64,000 nucleotides of DNA from positions 512,001 through 576,000 of the forward strand of contig JASGJN010000026.1 in the NCBI GenBank assembly GCA_049840735.1, given 5' to 3'. Below the pieces are notes generated by a model. The model was not told where the DNA came from, made no database searches, and was given only the letters and a program-made list of their open reading frames with translations. Origin of the DNA: Anaeromyxobacter sp. Lineage in GTDB: Bacteria; Myxococcota; Myxococcia; Myxococcales; Anaeromyxobacteraceae. Positions 20,145-28,645 of this stretch are shown here, piece after piece; within the stretch, counting starts at the first letter, position 1, and each line of letters starts with the position of its first letter. A program made the translations under genes and the position numbers.

Positions 20145-21590
20145 ATGGCCCTCCTCGAGATGACCGGCGTGAAGAAGCACTTCGGCGGCGTCCAGGCGCT
20201 GCGCGGGGTGGACTTCGCGCTGGAGGCGGGCGAGGTGCACGCGCTGGTGGGCGAGAACGGCGCCGGCAAGTCCACGCTGATGAAGACCCTCTCCGGCGCG
20301 CTGACGCCGGACGAGGGCGCGATGGTGCTGGAGGGGCGCCTGCGCCGGCTGCGCTCGGTGGCGGAGGGGCAGGCGGCCGGCATCGTCATGGTCTACCAGG
20401 AGATCAACCTGGTGCCGGACCTGTCGGTGGCGGAGAACCTGTTCCTGGGCGGGCTGCACGGGCTGGTCCGCTACGGGGCGCTGCGCGAGCGGGCCCGCGC
20501 GCTGCTCGCGCAGATGGGGCTCTCGCTCGATCCGGCCGCGCCGGTCCGCTCGCTCGGCGCCGGCGCGCAGCAGCTGGTGGTGGTGGCGCGCGCCTTCGCC
20601 CAGCGGGCCAAGGTGATGGTGCTGGACGAGCCCACCGCCACGCTCTCCGCGGCCGAGGTGCGCCAGCTCTTCGCGCTGGTGAAGCGGCTGCGGGGCGAGG
20701 GGGTGGCCATCGCGTACATCAGCCACCGGCTGGAGGAGATCTTCGAGCTGGCCGACCGCGTGACGGTGCTCCGCGACGGCGCGCGGGTGGCCACCCACCG
20801 CATCGCCGAGGTGACGCCGGCGCAGGTGGTGGCGCTGATGGTGGGGCGCGAGGTGCGCCACTTCCAGCGCGCGCCGCTGCTGGGCACGCCGCCGCTGGGC
20901 ACGTTCCAGCTCGAGGGCGGCGGGGTGGCGCCGCTCACCCTGCCGCTCCGCCGCGGCGAGGTGGTGGGGCTGGCGGGCGTGGTGGGCTCGGGCCGGAGCG
21001 AGGCGCTGGAGGTGATGTTCGGCCTGCGCGGCCAGGCCCGCTGGAACGGCGAGGCCATCGGCAAGCCGCGCGACGCGCTCCGGCGCGGGCTCTACCTGGT
21101 CCCGGCCGATCGCAAGACGCAGGGGCTGGTGCTGGGGCTGCCGGCGCGCGAGAACGTGGTCCTCTCGGTGCTGCGCCGGCTGCAGCGGCTGGGGTTCGTC
21201 TCGCGGCTGCGCGAGCGCGCCCTGGTCTCCCGCTGGTTCGAGCGGCTGGCGGTGCGGCCGGGCGATCCGCAGAAGCCGGCCGGCACCTTCTCCGGCGGCA
21301 ACCAGCAGAAGCTGGTGCTGGCCAAGGCGCTGGCCACCGAGCCGCAGGTGCTGCTCCTCGAGGAGCCGACCCGCGGCGTGGATGTGGGGACGCGCAACGA
21401 GCTGTACGGCCTGCTCGACGCGCTGGCGAAGAACGGCCTGGGGCTGGTGGTGTCGTCGAGCGACACCGAGGAGCTGTGCGGCCTGTGCGACCGGGTGCTG
21501 GTGTTCCGGGGCGGCCGGGTGACCGGGGAGCTGGCGGCCCCGCTGGACCGGGAGGAGGTGGTGCGGCATGTCACGGGCGCGGTGGCGTGA
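20145..21590 (+). CDS. rbsA: Sugar (ribose) ABC transporter ATPase
   Basis: GENGAGKSTL, LDEPT, SGGNQQK, EPTRGVDVG. Confidence 0.88.
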   Translation: MALLEMTGVKKHFGGVQALRGVDFALEAGEVHALVGENGAGKSTLMKTLSGALTPDEGAMVLEGRLRRLRSVAEGQAAGIVMVYQEINLVPDLSVAENLFLGGLHGLVRYGALRERARALLAQMGLSLDPAAPVRSLGAGAQQLVVVARAFAQRAKVMVLDEPTATLSAAEVRQLFALVKRLRGEGVAIAYISHRLEEIFELADRVTVLRDGARVATHRIAEVTPAQVVALMVGREVRHFQRAPLLGTPPLGTFQLEGGGVAPLTLPLRRGEVVGLAGVVGSGRSEALEVMFGLRGQARWNGEAIGKPRDALRRGLYLVPADRKTQGLVLGLPARENVVLSVLRRLQRLGFVSRLRERALVSRWFERLAVRPGDPQKPAGTFSGGNQQKLVLAKALATEPQVLLLEEPTRGVDVGTRNELYGLLDALAKNGLGLVVSSSDTEELCGLCDRVLVFRGGRVTGELAAPLDREEVVRHVTGAVA

Positions 21591-22515
21591 GCTGCTGTCG
21601 GCGTACGGCATCCAGCTGGCCTTCGTGGCGCTGGTGATCGTGCTGGCGGTCCTGTCCCCGAGCTTCCGGGACGTGGGCAACGTGATCACCATCTTCCGGC
21701 AGATCGCGGTCATCGCCGTGCTGGCCTTCGGCATGACCGTGGTGGTGCTGACCGCCGGGATCGACCTCTCGGTCGGCTCGATGCTGGCCCTGAGCGGCGC
21801 GGTCGCGGCCGGCCTCGCGGCGCAGGCCGGGTGGCCGCCGGCGCTGGCCATCGCGGCGGCGCTGGCGGTGGGCCTGCTGCTGGGGCTCCACAACGGGTTC
21901 TTCGCCGGCGTGATCGGCGTGGCCCCGTTCATCGCCACCCTGGGCGGCCTGACCATCTTCCGCGGCCTGGCCCTGGTCTACACAGGCGGCCGGCCCATCA
22001 CCGGGCTGCCGGACGCCTTCACCACCATCGGCAGCAGCGCCTGGCTCGGCCTGCCCTCTCCGATCTGGGTGATGCTCGGCTTCCTGCTCGTCACCCACCT
22101 CATCCTCCGGTACACGGCGCTGGGCCGGGCCATCTACGCGGTGGGGGGCAACGAGGAGGCCGCCCGGCTGTCGGGCCTGCCGGTGACCAAGGTGAAGCTC
22201 TTCGCCTACGCCTACTGCGGGCTGGCGTCCGCCGTCGGCGCGCTGGTGCTGACGGGGAGGCTCAACTCCGCCCAGCCCACCGCCGGGGTCGGCTTCGAGC
22301 TGGACGCCATCGCGGCTGTGGTGGTGGGTGGGACGTCGCTGTTCGGCGGCAAGGGAGGCGTCCTCGGCACCTTGCTCGGAGCCGCCATCCTGGGGGTGCT
22401 GAACAACGGAATGAATTTGATGAACGTCGACCCGTTCTTTCAAGGGATCGCGAAGGGCTACGTGATCCTGGGGGCAGTGACGCTGGAGCGGCTGGTCTCA
22501 ACCAAGAAGAACTGA
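21568..22515 (+). CDS. rbsC: Ribose ABC transporter permease
   Basis: GIDLSVGS, FIATLG, AVGGNEEAARLSG, ELDAIAAVVVGGTSL. Confidence 0.9.
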   Translation: MSRARWRELLSAYGIQLAFVALVIVLAVLSPSFRDVGNVITIFRQIAVIAVLAFGMTVVVLTAGIDLSVGSMLALSGAVAAGLAAQAGWPPALAIAAALAVGLLLGLHNGFFAGVIGVAPFIATLGGLTIFRGLALVYTGGRPITGLPDAFTTIGSSAWLGLPSPIWVMLGFLLVTHLILRYTALGRAIYAVGGNEEAARLSGLPVTKVKLFAYAYCGLASAVGALVLTGRLNSAQPTAGVGFELDAIAAVVVGGTSLFGGKGGVLGTLLGAAILGVLNNGMNLMNVDPFFQGIAKGYVILGAVTLERLVSTKKN

Positions 22516-22535
22516 CGAAACCAGGGGAGGTCGCA

Positions 22536-23433
22536 ATGTTCGCACGTGGAGTCGTGGCGCTGGCGCTCGTGGCGCTGGCCGGTACCGCAGCTGCCAAGGA
22601 CACCGTGGGCTTCTCGGTGTCGACGCTCAACAACCCGTTCTTCGTCACGCTCAGCGACGGCGCCAAGGCGCAGGCGCAGCAGGCGGGCGTGGACGTGGCC
22701 GTCCTCGACGCGCAGGACAAGGTGGACAAGCAGGTCTCGGACATCGAGGACCTGATCCAGCGGAAGGTGAAGGTCATCCTGATCAATCCGACCGACTCGG
22801 CCGCGGTGGTCCCGGCCGTCAAGGCCGCCAACGCCGCCAAGATCCCGGTCATCACCGTGGACCGCGCCTCGGGCGGCGGCGACGTGGCCTACCACATCGC
22901 GTCCGACAACGTGGCCGGCGGCCGGCTGGCGGGCGAGCACGTCTGCAAGCTGCTGGGCGGCAAGGGCAGCGTGGTGGAGCTGGAGGGCATCCCCGGCTCG
23001 TCCGCGGCGCGCGATCGCGGCCAGGGCTTCAACGAGGCCATCAAGGCCAAGTGCCCGGACGTGAAGGTGGTGGCCCGCCAGACCGCCAACTTCGACCGCG
23101 CCCAGGGGCTCTCGGTGATGGAGAACGTGCTCCAGGCCCAGCCCAAGGTGGACGCCGTCTTCGCCCACAACGACGAGATGGCGCTGGGCGCGCTGCAGGC
23201 CATCAAGGGCTCGGGCAAGAAGAATCAAGGTGGTCGGCTTCGACGCCACCGACGACGCGGTCAAGGCGGTGAACGCCTGCGACATGGCCGCCACGGTGGC
23301 GCAGCAGCCGGGCGAGATGGGCCGCCTGGCCGTCGAGAAGGCCGCCGCGCTGGGCAAGGGCGGCAAGGCGCCGGCCAAGACCGAGTTCATCCCGGTGGCG
23401 CTGAAGCTGGTCACCGGCGCGAGCTGCAAGTAG
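22536..23433 (+). CDS. rbsB: Ribose ABC substrate-binding protein; apparent frameshift near 23223
   Basis: STLNNPFF, IASDN, NFDRAQG, AHNDEMALG. Removing one A from GAATC (23222-23226) joins KKIKVVGFDAT... Confidence 0.9.
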
Positions 23434-23558
23434 CGCCGCGCTGCAGGCTCGAGGGCCCGGTCTCCGCCCAGGGGGCCGGGCCTTCTCCGTTCAGTCCCGC
23501 TCGGCGTTCGACAGGCTCACCTGCATGCACATGCATGTCAACGTCCCCGGCCGCACCT

Positions 23559-24875
23559 TCATGGCACCACCCAGAACCCGGTCCGGCGGACCAGCGCGGT
23601 GACCACGAAGGCGCGGCCGTCCTCCGGCCAGATGCGCGCCTCGACGAAGGCGGAGCCCTGCCCGGGCTGCGCCGCCCGGGCGTCGAAGCTGATGGAGAGC
23701 GCGCCGGCGTCGGCCGTCGTGGACCCGCCGGCGGGCAGCGCCTCGAAGCCGGCGTAGTACTCGCCCGCGCCCGCCGAGGCGGTCCAGCCGACCAGCAGCG
23801 GGTCGGCCGCGCTGACGGTGGCGCCGTCGGCCGGCGCCTCCAGCGCGAACTCGCCCGGCATGGTGAACACCTGCCCGGCCGAGACGCCCGCGCCGGTCAC
23901 CGAGACCAGGAAGCTGCTCCCCGGCGCCACCAGCGTGGTGGCCGGCTCGGAGAGCACGTAGGCGCCCTGCAGGTCGTCCCAGGGGATGGGCCGCCCGTTG
24001 ACCTGGACGGCGGCGTCGGTGACCGGGCCGGACGGTCCCGTGACGGTCAGTGAAATCTCCAGCCGGTCCCCGTCCAGCACCACGCGCCCGTCGTAGGCCA
24101 GCGTCTCCGGGTCGCCGCCCCCGCCGCCCCACAGCCCGCACACGTCGGCCAAGAGGAAGGTGAGCCAGCCCGCCTGGCAGACGAAGGCGTCGTAGACGGG
24201 GCCGCCGCTGGTCAGCGAGAGGCGGGTCCGGGAGGTGAGCGGGACCACCGCGGCCGAGTCGTCGTCCAGCGCCTGGACCAGGTTGAAGCCAGGGGCCAGG
24301 CCGCTCTCCGCCGGCTGCGCCGAGTCCACGTAGACGAGCGCGAAGGTGGCGCGCGGGTCGCCCAGTAGCGACGAGCCGATCACCCGGTCCACCGGCGCGC
24401 CGTCCTCCGGGATCAGGTCGAGCTGCCGGTCGCCGTCCAGGTCCTGGTAGGCGAGCAGCACGCCGAAGCTGCCGCGGCCGTCGAGCCCGCCGCCCAGCGG
24501 CGCCTGCGCGGCGCGCGGAGGCGGGCGGTAGATGGGGAAGCGGAACTCCACCGGGAAGGTGCCTTGGGCCTCCACGTCCTCGGTCACCACCGTGGGCGGC
24601 GCGGCGCCGCCGGAGGGATCCTCGGCGGAGAGCCACTGCGGGTACCAGGCCACCGCCAGCCGGACCGGGCCGGACAGCTCGGTCTCCGGGGTGGGGACCA
24701 TGCTGCCGCCGAGCGTGGCCAGCGGCTCGCCGGGATAGTCGCCGCCGACCAGCTCGTCGCCGCAGCCGGCCAGGAGCAGCGCGGAGCAGGCAGCGAGCAG
24801 CGGCAGCGCCCCGTTCGTCCTGGGCGTAGCCGCCGCGCCTCGCGGCGGCGGAGTCGAAGGGCAGGGGCGGCGCAT
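23559..24875 (-). CDS. Lipoprotein of unknown function, paralog of 27883..28611 with an extra C-terminal beta-rich domain
   Basis: Lipobox LLAGC, DLDGDRQLD acidic loop, ATG overlaps the caspase stop. Confidence 0.75.
   Translation of the reverse strand: MRRPCPSTPPPRGAAATPRTNGALPLLAACSALLLAGCGDELVGGDYPGEPLATLGGSMVPTPETELSGPVRLAVAWYPQWLSAEDPSGGAAPPTVVTEDVEAQGTFPVEFRFPIYRPPPRAAQAPLGGGLDGRGSFGVLLAYQDLDGDRQLDLIPEDGAPVDRVIGSSLLGDPRATFALVYVDSAQPAESGLAPGFNLVQALDDDSAAVVPLTSRTRLSLTSGGPVYDAFVCQAGWLTFLLADVCGLWGGGGGDPETLAYDGRVVLDGDRLEISLTVTGPSGPVTDAAVQVNGRPIPWDDLQGAYVLSEPATTLVAPGSSFLVSVTGAGVSAGQVFTMPGEFALEAPADGATVSAADPLLVGWTASAGAGEYYAGFEALPAGGSTTADAGALSISFDARAAQPGQGSAFVEARIWPEDGRAFVVTALVRRTGFWVVP
24811..24867 (-). 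repeat. REP-like copy lying in frame within the lipoprotein 5' end
   Basis: ccgttcgtcctgggcGTAG-hairpin-ggagtcgaagg. Confidence 0.8.
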
Positions 24876-26440
24876 CACAGCCTCCAGCCGAAGCCGGCCC
24901 AGGCGGACGCGGTGGCGCGGGTGACGGTGCCCTGCCCCTCGATCGGCGCCGCCGTGGCCATGAGCTGCCCCTGCAGCAGCGCGAAGGCGCGCCGGCGGAT
25001 GGGGACCTCCAGCCCCGCCACCAGCCCCCCGCCCACCGCCAGCGCGCGGCGCTCCGGCAGCGGCGCGCCGCCGCCGCCGCCGATCTCCCCCTCGGCGTCG
25101 CGGGTGGCCTGCTGCTCCACCCCGGTCAGCTCCAGCCCCAGCCCCAGCTGCGGCACCACCGGCCACTCCAGCCAGCGGTACCCCGCCGACAGCCCCACCC
25201 CCAGCCGCCGCTCGTCGATCTGCAGCGCGTCGCCGGGGTAGCGCGAGCTGCCGGCGCTGAGCGCGCCCAGCGCCCACCACGGCCCCCAGGTGTGCCGGTA
25301 GCCCAGCCCCGCCGCCCAGCGCGGGCCGGTGTCCTCCACCGGCGCGGTGCCCATCCCGCCCAGCAGCAGCAGCGCGCCGTTCCGCACCGACACGTACCCC
25401 CCCTTCATCGAGACCTCGGTGTACCGGCGCCAGGCCAGCTCCTCGTCCTGCACCTGCCGCTCCCCGCCGTAGGGCAGCTCCACCTCGGCCAGCCCGGTGC
25501 TGGCGCCGGCCTTCTTGCGCACCAGGTAGCGGCCTGGCGGCACCGCCAGGCGGAGCGGGCGGCCGGCGGCCTTCTCCACCTCGGCCACCACGTCCGGCCT
25601 GGGCTGGCTGGCCACCACGTAGCGCCCGGAGAGCCGGGCCGGGAAGACCAGCGCGCTGCCGGCCGCGCGCGGCTCGGTCAGCGTGAGCTCGCCCGTCCCG
25701 GAGAGCTCCCAGGCGAAGGCGGGGTGCTGCCCGGCGCCGGCCGCGCCCGCCACCGTGCGCCGGTAGGCGTAGGTGTAGGCCTCGGCCAGCGAGACCTTGC
25801 CGTCCCCCTCGGCGTCGGCGTCGCCGCGCAGCCCGGTGAGGAGGTGGTGGGTGAAGAGCGAGCCCTTGAGCGAGTCCCACTCCTCGCTGGCCTCCCCCGG
25901 ACCGCTGGAGGAGATCACCACCTGGCCGTTGAGCGGGAGCTGCTCCAGCGAGACCGCGAACTCCGGCCCCGGCCGCGCCCCCTTGCGCCGGGCCACCACC
26001 CCGCTCTCGCAGGCGTCCACCAGCAGCACCGTCACCCGCGCGCCCGCGTCCCGGGCGGCGTCGCGCAGCTCGGCCAGCGGCAGGTGCGTGCCGCGCAGGT
26101 GGAGCACGCCGTCGTCGGCGTGGGAGGAGACGTAGACGATCAGCACCGCCTCGTCCCCGGCGGCGCGCAGCTCCGAGATGCGGCCGGCCAGCTCGGCCAG
26201 CCGCTGCCGCACCGCCTGGGCGTCGCGGTCGACCACCAGCAGCGCGCGGTCGGCGCGGACCCCGCCCAGCTCCACGAAGACCTGGCGCACGCGCTGGGCG
26301 TCCTCGTCGGCGTAGCTCAGGACGGGATCGTCCGGGTCGCCCACGTTGGCCCCCACCGCCAGCACCAGCCGGTGCGTGGCGGCCGCGGCCGGCGCCGCCG
26401 CGGCCAGCAGGGCCAGCAGCGCGAGCGCGCGGAACCTCAC
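24875..26440 (-). CDS. Exported caspase-family (peptidase C14) protein with putative C-terminal beta-barrel
   Basis: Signal peptide, YVSSHAD (His) and VDACESG (Cys) dyad, SLFTHHLLTGLRGDAD, amphipathic strands ending WAGFGWRL. Confidence 0.82.
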   Translation of the reverse strand: MRFRALALLALLAAAAPAAAATHRLVLAVGANVGDPDDPVLSYADEDAQRVRQVFVELGGVRADRALLVVDRDAQAVRQRLAELAGRISELRAAGDEAVLIVYVSSHADDGVLHLRGTHLPLAELRDAARDAGARVTVLLVDACESGVVARRKGARPGPEFAVSLEQLPLNGQVVISSSGPGEASEEWDSLKGSLFTHHLLTGLRGDADAEGDGKVSLAEAYTYAYRRTVAGAAGAGQHPAFAWELSGTGELTLTEPRAAGSALVFPARLSGRYVVASQPRPDVVAEVEKAAGRPLRLAVPPGRYLVRKKAGASTGLAEVELPYGGERQVQDEELAWRRYTEVSMKGGYVSVRNGALLLLGGMGTAPVEDTGPRWAAGLGYRHTWGPWWALGALSAGSSRYPGDALQIDERRLGVGLSAGYRWLEWPVVPQLGLGLELTGVEQQATRDAEGEIGGGGGAPLPERRALAVGGGLVAGLEVPIRRRAFALLQGQLMATAAPIEGQGTVTRATASAWAGFGWRL

Positions 26441-27186
26441 GGCGCCTTCCGCAGCCGGAGCAGGCTCACCCGGCAGCCGCCGCACTCGAGCCGCGGCTCG
26501 GGCCGGCCGGCCTGCCGGCGCAGCGCCTCCAGCAGGGGCGCGGCCTCCAGCGGCCGCTGCGAGAAGACCGCCAGCAGGAGCTCGGGGCCGGGCGCGTCGT
26601 CCAGCACCACGCTGCCGGGCAGGAAGTCGCGCCGCCCGGCCTCGACCGGCGCAGAGGACGCGCCGCCGAAGGGGAGGAGCACGCCGGCCTGGCCGCGCCC
26701 GTCCAGCTCCAGCACCAGCAGGAAGCCCGGCTGCGCGGCCTCGTACGAGAACCGCAGCGCGTCGCCGGCGCGGACCTGGGCGTCGCTCGCCGCCAGCTCG
26801 GGCGCGCCGCCGGCGCGCGCCACCGCCACGCGGAAGGGCTCGCCCTTGAGCGTGACCTCCGGCGTCACCTGGGCCTGCCGCAGCACCAGCACGGCCAGCA
26901 CCGCCGGGACGGCCAGCGCCAGCACCGGCCGCCAGCGGCGCAGCCAGGAGGGCGCGGCGGCCTGGGCGCGTCAATCCAGCTGGCGGAGGAAGCGGTCCGG
27001 CGGGCGCGCGCGCAGGAAGGCCTCGGCCTCGGCGCGCAGCGCCGCCACGTGCGCGGCGCAGGCGCTGCAGCTCCCGAGGTGGGCCGCGACCTCGGGGGCC
27101 GGCTCGCCGGCGCTGAGCGCCTCCAGCGCCGCCGCCGGCGGGCAGCCCGGCGCGCGGGGGGCAGGGGGGAGTGGGGTGGGGCTCAT
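26437..27186 (-). CDS. Zinc-finger anti-sigma factor with TM helix and periplasmic (DUF4384-like) domain; in-frame TGA at 26971-26973
   Basis: HLGSCSAC (HxxxCxxC). ORFs 26971..27186 and 26437..26925 share a frame; GAT-TGA would be GAT-CGA if GATC is restored. Confidence 0.75.
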
Positions 27187-27195
27187 GGCGTGACC

Positions 27196-27687
27196 TCACC
27201 GGTGGGCGCGCCAGAGCGCGCGCACCTGCTCCTCGAAGCGCTGCAGCTTCTTGCCCACCGTCCGGCGCGAGTAGCCGGTCCGCTCCGCCACCTCCTCCTG
27301 CGTGTAGCCGTCGAGGTGGTGGAGCACGCCGATGGTGCGGGTCTTCCCGTCCAGCTGCCGGAGCGCGGCGCCGACCAGCGCCCGCCGGTCGGCGTCGGCG
27401 GCGTCGCCGTGCCCCTGCCGCTCCAGCGCGGCCAGCTGCTCCTCGCCGGCCACCGGGTCCCGCCGCTGCTTCTCCAGGATGTCGAAGCAGACGCGGCGGG
27501 CCACCGTGTAGAGCCAGGCCAGCGTGGCGCCGGCGTCGTCCGGGGCCGCGCCCAGCCGGCGGATGCGCAGGAAGGTCTCCTGGAGGGCGTCCTCCGCGTC
27601 CTCGCTGCGCCGCAGGAGCTGCCGGCAGCGCCGGTGCACCAGGTAGCCGTAGCGGGTGTAGAGGCTCGTGAGCTGGGCGTCGTCCAT
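27196..27687 (-). CDS. ECF sigma factor
   Basis: DAEDALQETFLR (region 2), WLYTVARR, GYTQEEVAERTGYSRRTV (region 4 HTH). Confidence 0.9.
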   Translation of the reverse strand: MDDAQLTSLYTRYGYLVHRRCRQLLRRSEDAEDALQETFLRIRRLGAAPDDAGATLAWLYTVARRVCFDILEKQRRDPVAGEEQLAALERQGHGDAADADRRALVGAALRQLDGKTRTIGVLHHLDGYTQEEVAERTGYSRRTVGKKLQRFEEQVRALWRAHR

Positions 27688-27882
27688 GTCGGCACGTGGG
27701 GCTCCTCGATCACTGGACCGGGGATCGGCCCGAAACTGGGAACCACCATCCTGGCGAACGCCCATTTATGGCGTGAAACACGTGCGCCGCGCCGCAGCCC
27801 ACTCAGGGCCGTTCCCACCTGGCGCCCGGGTCGCCGTCTCCCTTCCCGAACCTCGCTCACGAGGCCACGAACCGGAGAGACC

Positions 27883-28611
27883 ATGACCGCCACGCCGTCC
27901 AAGTCCACCCACACCCGCGCACTCGCCGTCGCGCTGGCCGTGCTCGCCACCGCCTGCGGCTCCGGCGGCACGTCCGGCTCCCACCCGAGCCTATCCGGCC
28001 AGCTCCGGGCCTCGGAAGGCGGCGCGGCCCAGGGCCCGCTGCGGCTCGCGCTGGCCTGGTACCCCGGGCTGCTCGCCGCGGAGGGGGAGCCCATCAGCCA
28101 GCCCGGCCACATCGCCACCCAGGACCTCGCCTACGAGGGGGCGCTGCCGCAGGCCTACACCTTCTCGCTGCAGGGCGCCCCGCCGGCCAGCGTCCTGCAG
28201 GCCATGCCGGAGGGCTACACCGGGGAGGGCGCGGTGGGCGTGCTGCTCGCGTATCGGGACGGGAACGACAACGGCGCGCTCGACACCATCCCGGCCGACG
28301 GCAGCCCGGTGGACCATGTGGTCGGCGCTTCGCTGGACTGGGCCGCGGCCCCGGCCTACCTGGTGGCCTACCTGACCGAGGATCAGGACCCGGCCTCGGG
28401 GCTCGAGGCGGGGTTCAACCTCATCGAGATCAGCGACGCCGAGGACGCCGCGGTGGTGCCCTTCGGCACCGCGGTGCCGCTGACTATCGGTGAAGGAGGC
28501 CCGCTGCTGGACCTGTTCGTCTGCGAGGCCGCCTGGGACGGCTCGTCGGCCGAGGTGCCCTGCGGGCTGGTGCCGGAGGAGCCGGCGCTGCAGGCCCAGC
28601 CGCGGCGCTGA
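27883..28611 (+). CDS. Lipoprotein of unknown function, paralog of 23559..24875
   Basis: Lipobox LATAC; shares RLA.AWYP, GVLLAY.D, GFNL and D.FVC motifs. Confidence 0.75.
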   Translation: MTATPSKSTHTRALAVALAVLATACGSGGTSGSHPSLSGQLRASEGGAAQGPLRLALAWYPGLLAAEGEPISQPGHIATQDLAYEGALPQAYTFSLQGAPPASVLQAMPEGYTGEGAVGVLLAYRDGNDNGALDTIPADGSPVDHVVGASLDWAAAPAYLVAYLTEDQDPASGLEAGFNLIEISDAEDAAVVPFGTAVPLTIGEGGPLLDLFVCEAAWDGSSAEVPCGLVPEEPALQAQPRR

Positions 28612-28645
28612 TGCGCGCGGCGGGTGAGGGCGCGGCGCGGGGCGG

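Noticed and set aside
22536..23433. rbsB, cysH, sbp and ferritin-like gene as pseudogenes or programmed frameshifts
   Set aside because: No slippery sites or other decay; all share the same GATC-linked single-base defect
24875..26440. Caspase as an anti-phage or cell-death effector
   Set aside because: Has a signal peptide and sits in an ECF operon; no gasdermin, NLR-like or CRISPR partner is visible
26971..26973. In-frame TGA as selenocysteine or readthrough
   Set aside because: Lies in a linker, not at a Cys position; one substitution restores GATC like the other lesions
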